64,000 bases of DNA from a virus (lineage: Duplodnaviria; Caudoviricetes): IMG/VR virus record IMGVR_UViG_3300032312_001355, positions 1 through 64,000 of that record, one strand, 5' to 3'. This document shows, one piece after another, positions 46,839-57,542 of this stretch; positions within the stretch are counted from its first letter, which is position 1; every line of letters starts with the position of its first letter. Made by a program: the position numbers and the translations under genes. The notes beneath the pieces were generated by a model, which worked only from the letters and a program-made list of their open reading frames with translations, had not been told where the DNA came from and did no database searches.

Positions 46839-46840
46839 AA

Positions 46841-48457
46841 ATGGCAACTCGTCGTAGATCCCGTAGAAAAACTATCTCTGGAAATCTTACAGATATCCAA
46901 AAGAGAGTTAGATACCTAGAAACACGCCCTGCCCCCTCCAAGCTGGCAAATAAAGTAGTCGCAACTAAAAACATTGCTATAGAATCAATTGTTGATGATT
47001 TAGTAGCAACTCAAGCATTAACTCGTCGTACAATAGCAGATAGTGCTATCGGCACTAATCAGATTGAACCAGATTCAATTACAAATAGTCTTATTGCAAC
47101 AGATGCTGTAAACACAGATTCTATAGCTGGTGGCGCTGTAACGACAAACGAGCTTGGAACAGATGCTGTTACAACAGACAAAATTGCAACAGATGCTATT
47201 ACAAATAATGAACTTGCCACCAACTCAGTAAATGCTGACTCTATTGCACCCGGATCTGTAGGTGAAAATGAACTAGCAAGTTTAGCTGTTGCAACAGATA
47301 AAATTCAAAATTCAGCAGTTACTGACGATAAAATTTCTGGGATCTCTGGCTCTAAAATTATTGGCGGTGTTGACGGTGATTTAATTATAAACAACTCAAT
47401 TGAGGCAATTAAAATTGCTGGTGTAAATGCAACTGTACTTATTGGTCAGATCCAAGATGCTCAGATTGAAGAACTTGATGGCTCAAAAATTATTACAGGG
47501 AGTCTTCCTCCAACTGCAATAGAACCTGACTCAATTACTGAGGATCAAATGGCTACAAACTCTATTGGCTTTGATGAACTACAAGTTGACTCCGTAGGCA
47601 CGGCTCAATTACAAGTAAATTCTGTAGTAGAAGCGATCATTGATGATCTTGCAGTTTCAAGACGTACTATTCAAGACAACGCAATTATTGCAAGAATGAT
47701 TAATGCTGGTGCCGTTACAACAACAGGCATTCAAAATCTTGCAGTTACCAATGCCAAAATCGCAGATGGAACAATTAGTGGTGGAAAAATACAAGATTCA
47801 ACTATTACAACTAATAAAATTTTTGGCGGGACAAACATTGCTACATCAGTTAATTCTACTGGAACAGGTATATCTGTAAGTAGCGTTGGAAACGCAAATG
47901 GAAGAGGGTACACAGTAGCTCTATCTGTAGGGTCTGGATCTACTCAGTTAGCTCTAGGAAGCCACGTTCATGGTCAGGGTGGTTATTCTGCAGCAGGTTC
48001 TTCAGGAGTCCCTTCTCACACACACCCTATTTCTTTCAGCACTACCGCTACTGGTGGTACACACGCTGGACACTCAATTCCAAACAATGGAAACCACTCG
48101 CACACCGTTTCAGCTTCTGGAAACTCTGGAACTCCATCAACTATAAAACTGAAAAAGGAAGTTACAGATTACTCAATAGTAGATGTAAAAAATTTACTTA
48201 ATTTAAACCTTAAAAGATATAAATATAAAAATCAGGTAAGACATCTTCAAGAAGGTAGAGAGTGGATGTATGGCTATATTGCAGAAGAGGTGCAAGAGCT
48301 AGGTATTGAAGAAATTATTGGGTATGATGAAAACAAAGAACCTAATGCAATCAATTACGGTCTTCTTTCTACCCTTGTTCTTGAGCTAGTCAAAGTACAA
48401 CAAACTGAGATAGACTCTCTTAAAGAAGAGATTCAGAGACTGAAGGAAAAAATATGA
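46841..48457 (+). CDS. Tail fibre or spike with C-terminal intramolecular chaperone (peptidase S74-like)
   Basis: 10-aa periodic (A/S)VTxxKI repeats, HxH motifs, S..KLKK..GYIAEEVQ..INYGLL..LVK.QQ.EI. Confidence 0.8.
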   Translation: MATRRRSRRKTISGNLTDIQKRVRYLETRPAPSKLANKVVATKNIAIESIVDDLVATQALTRRTIADSAIGTNQIEPDSITNSLIATDAVNTDSIAGGAVTTNELGTDAVTTDKIATDAITNNELATNSVNADSIAPGSVGENELASLAVATDKIQNSAVTDDKISGISGSKIIGGVDGDLIINNSIEAIKIAGVNATVLIGQIQDAQIEELDGSKIITGSLPPTAIEPDSITEDQMATNSIGFDELQVDSVGTAQLQVNSVVEAIIDDLAVSRRTIQDNAIIARMINAGAVTTTGIQNLAVTNAKIADGTISGGKIQDSTITTNKIFGGTNIATSVNSTGTGISVSSVGNANGRGYTVALSVGSGSTQLALGSHVHGQGGYSAAGSSGVPSHTHPISFSTTATGGTHAGHSIPNNGNHSHTVSASGNSGTPSTIKLKKEVTDYSIVDVKNLLNLNLKRYKYKNQVRHLQEGREWMYGYIAEEVQELGIEEIIGYDENKEPNAINYGLLSTLVLELVKVQQTEIDSLKEEIQRLKEKI

Positions 48458-48873
48458 TAACTTATGAAGCAAACTATGAGCCAGTAAATAGACCATATAT
48501 TTGTAAAGTTTTTACTGCATCTTCTGGTGAAGAGTCTCACACAGCTATAAACTATGAGAACCAAGCTGAACGACTAGAAGTTTCTGCAGAATTAATATTT
48601 CAACACTTAGACAACTGTGTTACATATATGGAAGATAAGTCTAAAGAAATAAAAATAGTTCAACTTGATGAACCAATTGGATCGGAGCCTTGGCCAGCCG
48701 TTGGGTGGAACGAGCTCCTCTGGGCAAATAACGAAATTAATCTTTGGTGGAGTTATATCTATTACAAAGATGAAGAATCTGGCGTAACTGTAACAATGAG
48801 CGACGAGCACTCCCATGAAGGCTCTGACCATACTCACGACCCAGCAACAGGAGACGAAATTCCTAATGCATGA
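48454..48873 (+). CDS. Hypothetical protein with His-rich C-terminus
   Basis: Coupled to the fibre gene. Confidence 0.7.
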   Translation: MITYEANYEPVNRPYICKVFTASSGEESHTAINYENQAERLEVSAELIFQHLDNCVTYMEDKSKEIKIVQLDEPIGSEPWPAVGWNELLWANNEINLWWSYIYYKDEESGVTVTMSDEHSHEGSDHTHDPATGDEIPNA

Positions 48874-49336
48874 AGTCAAAGACGGATCTCGAACTCTCCA
48901 ATTTAATGGGCGTCTCTTAGGAGAATCTTCCTCGTGGAGACGTGGCTCAACACGCTGGATTGAGTTCAAACTTTACAAAACAGAGAATGGGTCGTATATT
49001 CTTTCTAGAATCGGAGTGTCAATAGTTTTTCACTCCCCGACATGCTCTCTTGTTAAAAGATACGGACTAAAAGAAGGGTCAGTAGATGAGCTTAGAGATG
49101 AGTCCTTACCTTGTGAAGAGTGCAACCCTTCATATGACATGCCTATTGTCTTCCCTGAAACAGACCGCAACTGGGCACAAGTAAGTGAAGAGCCAGAGCC
49201 AGTTTTAGATGCCCTTTACAAATACGATGCAGGTGGTGCAAGATACCTTACTAACGTAGCTCAAAGGCTACTGGAAAGGGCAGCACTAAACGATGAAAAG
49301 ATAGATTCTATTTATAGAATTGAGATGATCCCTTAA
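48866..49336 (+). CDS. Conserved phage hypothetical protein
   Basis: Start at ATG 48866; LQFNGRLLG.SSS..RW.EF.LY.T..G.Y. Confidence 0.7.
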   Translation: MHEVKDGSRTLQFNGRLLGESSSWRRGSTRWIEFKLYKTENGSYILSRIGVSIVFHSPTCSLVKRYGLKEGSVDELRDESLPCEECNPSYDMPIVFPETDRNWAQVSEEPEPVLDALYKYDAGGARYLTNVAQRLLERAALNDEKIDSIYRIEMIP

Positions 49337-49350
49337 AAAGTTAGGAAAAA

Positions 49351-51189
49351 ATGAGCGACAACCAAGTGACGAACGGACTGGGAGATGTAAAGCTACACCT
49401 TGTAGATTCTGCAGAAAAGGCGCAGCAATTCATTTCATGGCTAAGTCAAAAAAGACCTTACAACGCAATTGCAATTGACACTGAAACAGGTGAATTACCT
49501 GGCGGTAAAAGAGAGCATGCGTTATCTCCTTGGCATGGAAAATTACGTCTTGTCCAAGTAGGAGACGGTATGACTGGCTGGTCTATTCCTTGGGATGAAT
49601 GGGGCGGTGTTTTCTACGAAGCAATGAATAAGTTTGATGGACCTGTTGTCTGTCACAACATTGCCTTTGAAGCACGATGGTTTGATATCCAATCTAAATG
49701 GAAAATTCCTTGGGAACGTGCACATGACACGATGATTATGGCTCACATCATTAATCCTCTAGGTTCTGGTGCATTAAAGCCTTTATCTGCTCTTTATGTT
49801 GATGGCAAAGCCGTTGCAATGCAAGAAAGTCTTGACCAAGGGCTTATTGAAAATGGTTGGACTTGGGGAACTGTTCCAACTAACTATGAGCCTTACTGGG
49901 TTTATGGTGCTCTAGATACAGTTTTAACTATGCGTTTGTGGGAGCAGTTCTATGAAAAGTGTGGTCCACAAGGTCCATACAATCGTGCTTACGAACTAGA
50001 GATGGCTACTCGCAAGATTGTTACTCGTATGGAGCTTAACGGTGCTCGTATTGATCTTGATTATTCAAAAAAGAAATTTGATGAACTTATTCAGTACTCA
50101 GACTCTGTAAAGAGTTGGGCTTCAAGTACTTACAATGGAGTAAGCATTACAAGTAATATCCAACTTGTGCGTCTACTAGAAGGTCTTGGCGCAGAGATTA
50201 CAGAAACAACTCCGTCTGGAGCTAAGTCTGCCAGCAAAGACCAACTGCAGCTTTTGATGATTAATGGAAACAATGATGTTAAAAACCTTGCAGAAAATGT
50301 TCTTAAGCAACGAAAGGCTGATAAGTTAGCTAATACTTACTTTTCTAACTTTATGGAAAAGTCTATTGACGGAATAGTTCACCCTTCTGTAAAAACATTA
50401 GGAGCTCGCACATCTCGTATGTCTATTACAGATCCAGCTCTACAAACTCTTCCTAAAGGAGATGACACTGTTCGCACAGCTTTTATCCCTAGAGAAGAAG
50501 GCAATGTAATCATTACCTCTGACTTAGATCAGGTTGAGTTCCGTATGTTTGCATCTTTATCTGAAGATGAAAACCTTATTTCGCTATTTCACAAGGCAGA
50601 TGCAACTGGTTCAGATCCGTTTACTGAGATTGGTCGTCAGGTTTATCAAGAACCAGATATGCAAAAGTCTGACAAGCGTCGTAATCTAATTAAGGGCGTT
50701 GTTTACGGACGACTATACGGGGCAGGAGTTGCTAAGCAAGCTCTTACTGCTGGAGTGCCAGAAGCGCAGATGCGTTCTGTATCTGACTCTTTTGATGCTA
50801 ACTATCCGGGTATGTCAATCTTCCAAAGACAAATTGACCATATTGGGCAAACTAGACTTCGTAATGAAGGTCAAGGATATGTTCACACTTGGACTGGTCG
50901 TCGTATTCCTTGCGATGAAGATCGCACCTATACTCTTGTTAACTATCTAATCCAAGGTGGAGCAGCAGAAGTTTTTAAATCTAATCTTGTAAAGCTCGAT
51001 CAAGCAGATTTAACAGACAACCTTATTGTTCCAGTACACGATGAAATTGTTCTTGAAGCTCCACGCAAAGATGCTGAAGAGATTAAGCATTTAGTTCGTC
51101 AGTGTATGACTACAACTGAAGGATGGGCAGTTCCATTAACAGCAGATGTTGATGGTCCACTAGAAAATTGGGGGCAAAAGTATCGATGA
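49351..51189 (+). CDS. polA: Family A DNA polymerase (3'-5' exonuclease plus polymerase, no 5'-3' exonuclease)
   Basis: DTETG, HNIAFE, YGALD; motif A SDLDQVEFR, motif B RNLIKGVVYGRLYG, motif C VHDEI. Confidence 0.95.
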   Translation: MSDNQVTNGLGDVKLHLVDSAEKAQQFISWLSQKRPYNAIAIDTETGELPGGKREHALSPWHGKLRLVQVGDGMTGWSIPWDEWGGVFYEAMNKFDGPVVCHNIAFEARWFDIQSKWKIPWERAHDTMIMAHIINPLGSGALKPLSALYVDGKAVAMQESLDQGLIENGWTWGTVPTNYEPYWVYGALDTVLTMRLWEQFYEKCGPQGPYNRAYELEMATRKIVTRMELNGARIDLDYSKKKFDELIQYSDSVKSWASSTYNGVSITSNIQLVRLLEGLGAEITETTPSGAKSASKDQLQLLMINGNNDVKNLAENVLKQRKADKLANTYFSNFMEKSIDGIVHPSVKTLGARTSRMSITDPALQTLPKGDDTVRTAFIPREEGNVIITSDLDQVEFRMFASLSEDENLISLFHKADATGSDPFTEIGRQVYQEPDMQKSDKRRNLIKGVVYGRLYGAGVAKQALTAGVPEAQMRSVSDSFDANYPGMSIFQRQIDHIGQTRLRNEGQGYVHTWTGRRIPCDEDRTYTLVNYLIQGGAAEVFKSNLVKLDQADLTDNLIVPVHDEIVLEAPRKDAEEIKHLVRQCMTTTEGWAVPLTADVDGPLENWGQKYR

Positions 51190-51650
51190 AACATGTATTA
51201 GCAGTTGATCCTGGCAAAGCAAGCGGAATTATTTTTATGTCCTTAGCTGGACCTGAAGAAACTCCAACAATTATCTACGCTAGCGAATCTCAGCCAGAAG
51301 AGTATGGAATGGCATTAAATACATTTATAAATGGCTGGAACACCTATGAAGACTTTACTGTTGTCTGCGAAAGATTCACCATCAACGCTCAGACAGTTCG
51401 TAACTCTCAAGCTCCTTATAGCCTAGAGCAAATAGGGGTTCTAAAACATATTTGTAGAGAAAATGGATACAATCCAGAAAAGATTGCTATGCAATCTCCA
51501 GCTGACGCCAAGGCTATGTTCCCGAATGAGGCTCTTAGGAAGATAGGAACTTGGCATGTAGGCGGGGAAGGGCACGCAAATGATGCAATACGACACGCCT
51601 TACTTAGGCTGGTTAAAACTGGCTGGAAACCAAGAGTTCTGCTAGACTAA
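51186..51650 (+). CDS. RuvC-like Holliday junction resolvase
   Basis: LAVDPGK..VVCERF..HANDAIRHAL. Confidence 0.8.
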   Translation: MKHVLAVDPGKASGIIFMSLAGPEETPTIIYASESQPEEYGMALNTFINGWNTYEDFTVVCERFTINAQTVRNSQAPYSLEQIGVLKHICRENGYNPEKIAMQSPADAKAMFPNEALRKIGTWHVGGEGHANDAIRHALLRLVKTGWKPRVLLD

Positions 51651-51724
51651 TATGCGGTAAGATAAATGTATTCAAAAAAGTTTTAGAACCGCATGTGACA
51701 TAATGACAGGGAAAAGAGGGTAAG

Positions 51725-53524
51725 TTGTCCGTAATAGCCGAAGTAGATGCCGATAAGAAGCATATCCTTCTAACTACCGACTGGCGTTATAAAGAGCTCT
51801 GTAAGAGCCTTCCAGGGGCTTCTTGGAGCCCTAAGGAGCAGGTTTGGAGAGCTCCACTTAGTTGGACAACCTGTCTTGCTTTACGCTCTACATTCCGTGA
51901 TGGATTGACTGTTGGCCCGAACTTAACCGAATGGGCTACAAACGAGCTAAACACTCGTATTAACCCATCTAACGCCTTTAGAGAGCTTGAGACAGCCGAT
52001 GGAGACGAAGACCTATTCCCACACCAAAGAGCAGGGGTTCAGTTCCTTAAAACGGCTCGTAGGGCTTTATTGGCTGATGAGCCCGGTTTAGGTAAAACCG
52101 CTCAAGCCATTCGTGCTCTTAAGGCTATTCAAGATTCTGGAGAAGAAGTTTTTCCAGCCCTAATTGTTTGCCCTAACACTTTAAAAAAGAACTGGGCTCG
52201 TGAGTTTTCTAGATGGTGGCCGGGCGTAAAGACTCAAGTAATCAAAGGAAGTTCTGCTCAAAGGAAGAAACAATTTGAGTCTGGTGCAGATATTTATATT
52301 ATTAATTGGGAGTCTTTGCGCTCTCACTCACGCCTGTCTGGGTACGGTTCTATTGCTTTAGTTCATTGTAAAGCCTGTGGAGGTCTTAATGAGGCTGTCA
52401 CAGAAACTCGTTGCGAAGTGCACCCAAGAGAGTTAAATGAAATTGATTTTAAAGCTGTAGTTGCTGATGAAATTCACAGATCTAAGGATCCTAAATCAAA
52501 ACAAAGTCGTGCTTTGTGGTCTGCAACAGGAGATGCTGAGATTCGTTTTGCATTAACTGGTACGCCAATTGCTAACAATGTTGTAGACCTTTGGTCTATT
52601 CTTCACTGGCTATCACCTAAAGATTGGCCATCAAAGACAAAGTGGATTGATCGAATGATTGACATTATGCTCAACGCATTTGGTGGAATGATGGTTATTG
52701 GCGTTAAACCAATGATGCAAGACGAGTTTTATAAATCTGTAAACCCTGTTATGCGTCGTATGCTTAAAAAGGTTGTGCTTCCACACTTGCCTCCAGTTAT
52801 GAATGAGCGTAGAGATGTAGAAATGTCACCTAAGCAAAGAAAAGCTTACGAGCAGATGCGTGACACAATGATTGCTGAGCTTGAGTCTGGTGATGCATTA
52901 ACCGCTCCAAGTATTTTGACTCAGACAACTCGTCTGCTTCAGTTTGCAAGTTCGTATGCCGATATGGTTGTTGATGAATCAAGTGGTGAGTTGAAGACGG
53001 TTTTGACAGAGCCTTCCTGTAAAGTTGATTCGCTGATGGATGACATCAGTAACGGGGACTTTGGAGATGATTCAGTTGCAGTTTGCGCCGTATCTCGTCA
53101 ACTTATTGAAATTTTAAGTGCTGCTATGACAAAGGCAAAAATCCCTCACGGACTTATTACTGGAGCTCAAAATGAAGATGAGCGTCAAAAGGCAGTAGAT
53201 GATTTTCAAGAAGGTCGTGTTAAGTGGATTCTATTTACGGCACAGGCTGGTGGTGTTGGTATTACCTTGACTGCAGCTCGACGTTTAGTTATGCTACAAC
53301 GACCTTGGTCACTAGTTGATCATAAGCAAGCGCTAGACCGTGTACATCGTATTGGAAGTGAAATTCACGACTCAATATTGATTATGGATTATGTAACAGA
53401 AGGAACAATTGAAGAAAGAGTTCTACAAGTACTAGAAACAAAGTCAGATAACTTCGAACAAATTGTTCGAGACAAAGATCAACTGATGAAGTTGCTCAAG
53501 GATGATAAGGCAGGGGCGCTATGA
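51725..53524 (+). CDS. SNF2-family DNA helicase
   Basis: LFPHQ..LLADEPGLGKT, DEIHR, LTGTP, AGGVGITLTAA, QALDRVHRIG. Confidence 0.92.
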   Translation: MSVIAEVDADKKHILLTTDWRYKELCKSLPGASWSPKEQVWRAPLSWTTCLALRSTFRDGLTVGPNLTEWATNELNTRINPSNAFRELETADGDEDLFPHQRAGVQFLKTARRALLADEPGLGKTAQAIRALKAIQDSGEEVFPALIVCPNTLKKNWAREFSRWWPGVKTQVIKGSSAQRKKQFESGADIYIINWESLRSHSRLSGYGSIALVHCKACGGLNEAVTETRCEVHPRELNEIDFKAVVADEIHRSKDPKSKQSRALWSATGDAEIRFALTGTPIANNVVDLWSILHWLSPKDWPSKTKWIDRMIDIMLNAFGGMMVIGVKPMMQDEFYKSVNPVMRRMLKKVVLPHLPPVMNERRDVEMSPKQRKAYEQMRDTMIAELESGDALTAPSILTQTTRLLQFASSYADMVVDESSGELKTVLTEPSCKVDSLMDDISNGDFGDDSVAVCAVSRQLIEILSAAMTKAKIPHGLITGAQNEDERQKAVDDFQEGRVKWILFTAQAGGVGITLTAARRLVMLQRPWSLVDHKQALDRVHRIGSEIHDSILIMDYVTEGTIEERVLQVLETKSDNFEQIVRDKDQLMKLLKDDKAGAL

Positions 53525-54450
53525 GCGATGTAGTAAGACTTTCAAATTCTGAACTACAAACATTTAAAGATTGTCGTCGCCGATGGTGGCTTACCTATTA
53601 TCGTCGTCTTCAACCAAAGAACAGGGATATGACTGGTGCTCTCGCATTTGGTAGTCGTATTCACGCAGCTTTAGATGCTCACTACGCTCAAGGTCTTCCA
53701 CTTCTACAAGCTCATTCTGAATTAGTTGAGACAGATCGCAAATTACTTCTTGCAGACTTTCAAGACACATACCAGTTGGAACAAGAAGCCGAAATGGGAC
53801 GCATCATGCTTGAAGGCTATGAGCAATGGGTTGAAGAAGAAGGCATTGATGCTGAACTGGAAATGATTTCTACAGAAGAAACTGTAATCGTTCCTTTGTT
53901 TAATGGAGATGTCGAACTTCAAGGAAAGCTTGATATGCGTGTTCGTCGCAAAGCTGACGGAGTTCGTATGTTCCGTGACTTTAAAACTGTTGGTGGCTCT
54001 CTTAGCGACTTTGCCAACCTTGCTCCTATGAACGAGCAGGTACTTACATACATGCTTTTGGAGTCTACTAAAGCAGATGAAGCAGAACGTTCTGAAGGTG
54101 GAATCTTTACATTGTTGAAAAAGGTAAAGCGCACAGCAAATGCACGCCCACCTTTCTACGATCAAATTGAAATTCGTCATAATGTTTTTACAATGCGTTC
54201 TTTTTGGAATCGCATCCACGGAACTATCTCTGATTTAATGAATACCCGTAAAGCTCTTGATACAGGAGCAGACCACGCTTATGTTGCATATCCTCACCCA
54301 ACTAGGGACTGTAAATGGAAATGCCAATTTTTCGCTATATGCCCAATGTTTGACGACGGAAGCGCCGTTGAACAAGCACTTAGCGATTCATATGAGGTCG
54401 CAGACCCATATGCGTACTACGAAACAACTGACAAAAAAGGAAGTGAGTGA
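53521..54450 (+). CDS. Cas4-like PD-(D/E)XK exonuclease
   Basis: S.SEL.TF..CRRRW..FGSRIH..GKLD..DFKT..Q..TY..C.WKCQF..IC. Confidence 0.85.
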   Translation: MSDVVRLSNSELQTFKDCRRRWWLTYYRRLQPKNRDMTGALAFGSRIHAALDAHYAQGLPLLQAHSELVETDRKLLLADFQDTYQLEQEAEMGRIMLEGYEQWVEEEGIDAELEMISTEETVIVPLFNGDVELQGKLDMRVRRKADGVRMFRDFKTVGGSLSDFANLAPMNEQVLTYMLLESTKADEAERSEGGIFTLLKKVKRTANARPPFYDQIEIRHNVFTMRSFWNRIHGTISDLMNTRKALDTGADHAYVAYPHPTRDCKWKCQFFAICPMFDDGSAVEQALSDSYEVADPYAYYETTDKKGSE

Positions 54451-54452
54451 CG

Positions 54453-55235
54453 ATGAGCGAAATTCAACGCTCTCTTACTGTAATGGTGTACGGAGAGAGC
54501 AAGGTTGGTAAATCAAGTCTTGCTGTCACTGCACCTTACCCACGGCTCATGCTTGACGTAGAAGGCGGTCACAGGTTTTTGCCTATCATCGTCAAGTACT
54601 GGGATCCACTGCGAGAGGAACCACCTATTGCAGATGGCACATGGGACACTGTTGTAGTCACAGTTCGTGATTACGATACTGTTCTAAAAACATACCAATG
54701 GCTTCAACTTGGAAAGCATCATTTCAAGAGTCTGATTATTGACTCTGTATCTGAGCTTCAAGTGAAGTGTTTGGAAAACATTGCTGGTGTCAATCAAATG
54801 ACACAGCAGCAGTGGGGAGAGTTGTTGCGTCATATGGGCGGTCTTTTGCGAGATCTCCGTGACCTAACAATGCATCCAACAAATCCGTTAGAAGCAGTAG
54901 TTCTAACTGCAATGGCTCGTCTTGATAAGGATGGTCGTTATCGTCCATACCTACAAGGTCAGCTTGCAATTCAGGCTCCTTACTTCTACGACATTCTGGG
55001 GGCAATTACTGTTGAAGAACGTATGAACCCAGATCCAACTCAGCAACCATACAAAGTTCGTCGTATGTATGTTGAACGCACTAATCACTACGAAGCTGGC
55101 GAGCGTGTCCAAGGACGCCTTGGTAAAGTCGTAGAACAAGAAAACATGTCAATTGAAAAAATGCTAGACATTGTTTTTGGACCAAAACAAGCAGCGGCAG
55201 CTGAAACAACTACAAAGGAAGAAGGCACTCAGTGA
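54453..55235 (+). CDS. AAA ATPase (AAA_24/Sak4-like recombination protein)
   Basis: VYGESKVGKS, LDVEGG, IIDSVSELQ. Confidence 0.8.
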   Translation: MSEIQRSLTVMVYGESKVGKSSLAVTAPYPRLMLDVEGGHRFLPIIVKYWDPLREEPPIADGTWDTVVVTVRDYDTVLKTYQWLQLGKHHFKSLIIDSVSELQVKCLENIAGVNQMTQQQWGELLRHMGGLLRDLRDLTMHPTNPLEAVVLTAMARLDKDGRYRPYLQGQLAIQAPYFYDILGAITVEERMNPDPTQQPYKVRRMYVERTNHYEAGERVQGRLGKVVEQENMSIEKMLDIVFGPKQAAAAETTTKEEGTQ

Positions 55236-55765
55236 GTTCACGCAATTGGGCAGACCTCATTAAAGACGCTGGTGATTCGGGTAATTACGAACCTCTACCA
55301 GACGGCGATTACGATCTCGTAGTCGTTGAAGCCACTGCGACAACATCGCAATCTGGCAAAACCATGTTCAAAGTAAAGGCGCAGGTTGAGGGCGGAGCCC
55401 ACAATAAGCGTCTTGTATGGGACAACTTAGTTGTCTCACCAGATTCACCAGCAGCGCTGGGAATCTTGTTTAAGAAGTTCCACGCAATGGGAATTGGCCG
55501 TGGGTATTTCGACAACAACCCAACTAATGCTCAGATTGAGCAAGCAATCATGGGTCGTCGATTCCGTGCTCAGATTGGTAGCCGTTTGTATAACGGAGCT
55601 AAAAAGAACGAAATCAAGAACTACTACCCAAGCGCACAGACAGTTGCTGCAATGAATGGCGAGACAGCCTCTCCAGCACCTGTTGCAGCTGCTCCAGCTC
55701 CTGCTCCAGCGCCAGCACCTGCTGCCGCTCCTGCACCTGCTGCAGCCCCAGCCTCACCGTTCTAA
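55232..55765 (+). CDS. DUF669-family ssDNA-binding protein with Pro/Ala tail
   Basis: PLPDGDY..V..SQSGK.M..WDN..Y.G..KNEIK; C-terminal (PA)n ending in PF. Confidence 0.8.
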   Translation: MSSRNWADLIKDAGDSGNYEPLPDGDYDLVVVEATATTSQSGKTMFKVKAQVEGGAHNKRLVWDNLVVSPDSPAALGILFKKFHAMGIGRGYFDNNPTNAQIEQAIMGRRFRAQIGSRLYNGAKKNEIKNYYPSAQTVAAMNGETASPAPVAAAPAPAPAPAPAAAPAPAAAPASPF

Positions 55766-55780
55766 GCTGGTTTTGCTAGG

Positions 55781-55809
55781 TTGCTACCCAACGATTTGTT
55801 GGGTAGCAA
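55781..55809. terminator. Perfect 12-bp hairpin between the SSB and GT-like genes
   Basis: TTGCTACCCAAC/GTTGGGTAGCAA with 5-nt loop. Confidence 0.6.
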
Positions 55810-55834
55810 TTTAGTAATCCAAGATAAGGAAATT

Positions 55835-56863
55835 ATGAAGATACTAGTTACTGGATGCACAGCATCTCAGTCGTCCCAAAACGCGATAAGTCGTTATCCG
55901 ACTTTTACTGGTCTTCTGCACAATGCTTTTATTGAATTAGGGCATGAAGTTGTTCTTACAAAGCCACACTTTACATATACAAAAGAGTATTTAGATCAAT
56001 ACGATGCTATTTTTGTAGGGCTAGCGTCTCCATCAAATATATCAGCGCATTATGCTCACGGAGCTTTTGCCTTAGGAAATAAAGCAAGGGAGCTTGGCAA
56101 GCTTCGTTTGATTTTAGATATGCCAGAGCCGCAAAAGATTAAGACAACTATTAGAGATTTTTATACAGGGACTGATGATTTTTATAAAGATTTTTACTCA
56201 AAAAGACTTCAATACGATAATGCAGTAAAGCCAGAAAACAAAGAACAAATTAGTTCTTTTGTAGACTACTTGCACAACAGTAAATGGGACCAGACATACG
56301 TTCCTAGCATGCCTTGGTTTTCTAAAAAAATAGTAACTGATAGCGTCCCGAGCTTAAGTGAAGAAAATATAGTATCTCTTTGCTTTGATAGAGTTCTGAT
56401 AGACGACTCTGCAGATAGAGTTTCTCCTGTATATAAAACATATTGGTGTGCAGATAACCCTAAATCAGCATGGACAAAAAAAGTATCTTCAAACTTAACT
56501 GTTCCTATCGAGTCTATTAGATATAATAATTACACCAAAAAAAATGTAGTTCAAGAAAAGATGCAGAGATCAATAGGTACTTTGGTAAGTACTTATCAGG
56601 GTGGAGATCCTTGGTGGTCTGTTGCAATATCACAATCACTTGTAGCAGGTGTTCCTGTTGTTACTGAATGGCGTCATACCGCCGAGCTGGGAGCAGAATG
56701 GGCGTATTTACCTTCGACAATAGAGGAAATGAGTCCAGAGGAAAGACTGGTAGTGGCTCAAACACAGAAAGATTTTTACAGAGAGGCAGTGCCTTCATAC
56801 ACCGACTCTCTGGAAAAAACAGCGAGAGCTCTGGACAACCAGAGCCAGTTGTTGTTAGTCTAG
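55835..56863 (+). CDS. GT-B-fold glycosyltransferase-like protein (possible DNA-modifying)
   Basis: MKILVTG..L..LGHEV..YDAIFVG Rossmann-like start; C-terminal WWS..QSL.AGVPV. Confidence 0.5.
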   Translation: MKILVTGCTASQSSQNAISRYPTFTGLLHNAFIELGHEVVLTKPHFTYTKEYLDQYDAIFVGLASPSNISAHYAHGAFALGNKARELGKLRLILDMPEPQKIKTTIRDFYTGTDDFYKDFYSKRLQYDNAVKPENKEQISSFVDYLHNSKWDQTYVPSMPWFSKKIVTDSVPSLSEENIVSLCFDRVLIDDSADRVSPVYKTYWCADNPKSAWTKKVSSNLTVPIESIRYNNYTKKNVVQEKMQRSIGTLVSTYQGGDPWWSVAISQSLVAGVPVVTEWRHTAELGAEWAYLPSTIEEMSPEERLVVAQTQKDFYREAVPSYTDSLEKTARALDNQSQLLLV

Positions 56864-56889
56864 GCAAAACTGTACGAAAGGACAGCGAG

Positions 56890-57330
56890 ATGGCCAAAGT
56901 AGATATGCCGTGGGTCAAAGAACAATTGACCAACAATCGCACTAAACGGATTGTTGGCGATCATGTTATTGCCCTACTAGAAAAGTGGGAAGAACTAAAA
57001 AATACAGATCCAGACCCACAAAAGAACGAAGCAAACCTAAGTCAAATTATTGAAATATTTGGTAAATTGGCACTAGGTCATGCGATTATTGCAGAAAACA
57101 AAAATGAACGCTGGGTACCAGCTCAGTCTGGTCAGATTGTTGTTGCCGATGAAGTCAGAGTTAAATGGAATGCATTTGATGGCGAGATGGGCAAACTACA
57201 CAATGGTCGTCGTGGCAAAGTAGTAAGTATTCGCTACGGAGACATTATTGTAAAGACAACTGATGGCAGAGAGCCTGTACTTGAAGGTTATCACTACACA
57301 CCTCAGCAGCTTGAAAAACGAGTTCCATAG
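56890..57330 (+). CDS. Hypothetical protein with C-terminal SH3/KOW-like barrel
   Basis: Start at ATG 56890; VRV..NGRRGKVVSIRYGDIIV. Confidence 0.7.
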   Translation: MAKVDMPWVKEQLTNNRTKRIVGDHVIALLEKWEELKNTDPDPQKNEANLSQIIEIFGKLALGHAIIAENKNERWVPAQSGQIVVADEVRVKWNAFDGEMGKLHNGRRGKVVSIRYGDIIVKTTDGREPVLEGYHYTPQQLEKRVP

Positions 57331-57542
57331 TGAATTCAGCAGTTTTTAAGTTTAGAGTTGATGGCAGTGATTATCAAAACATACAAGAAAAAGCTAAAAA
57401 AGAACTTTCTGGATTTATTGAGGTAGATCTTGAAGAGCTTAACAAGTATGTTAGCTATGAATTAGAGATTGAACCAAATACAAAAACAACTAGTACCTAC
57501 TCATATACCGCTTTAGTGACTGCGAGGTTGAAGAATGTCTGA
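57330..57542 (+). CDS. Hypothetical protein
   Basis: Coupled to both neighbours. Confidence 0.65.
   Translation: MNSAVFKFRVDGSDYQNIQEKAKKELSGFIEVDLEELNKYVSYELEIEPNTKTTSTYSYTALVTARLKNV

Noticed and set aside
16191-47913. Many 60-180-aa antisense or out-of-frame ORFs nested in structural genes (e.g. 17812-18150, 32756-33304, 35011-35436)
   Set aside because: Fully overlap well-supported genes, lack RBS or promoter, and have shadow-ORF composition
15131-53524. Inteins or introns in the giant protein, protease, PolA or SNF2 helicase
   Set aside because: No C/S...HN-C/S/T splice junctions or LAGLIDADG blocks seen; PolA and SNF2 have normal lengths
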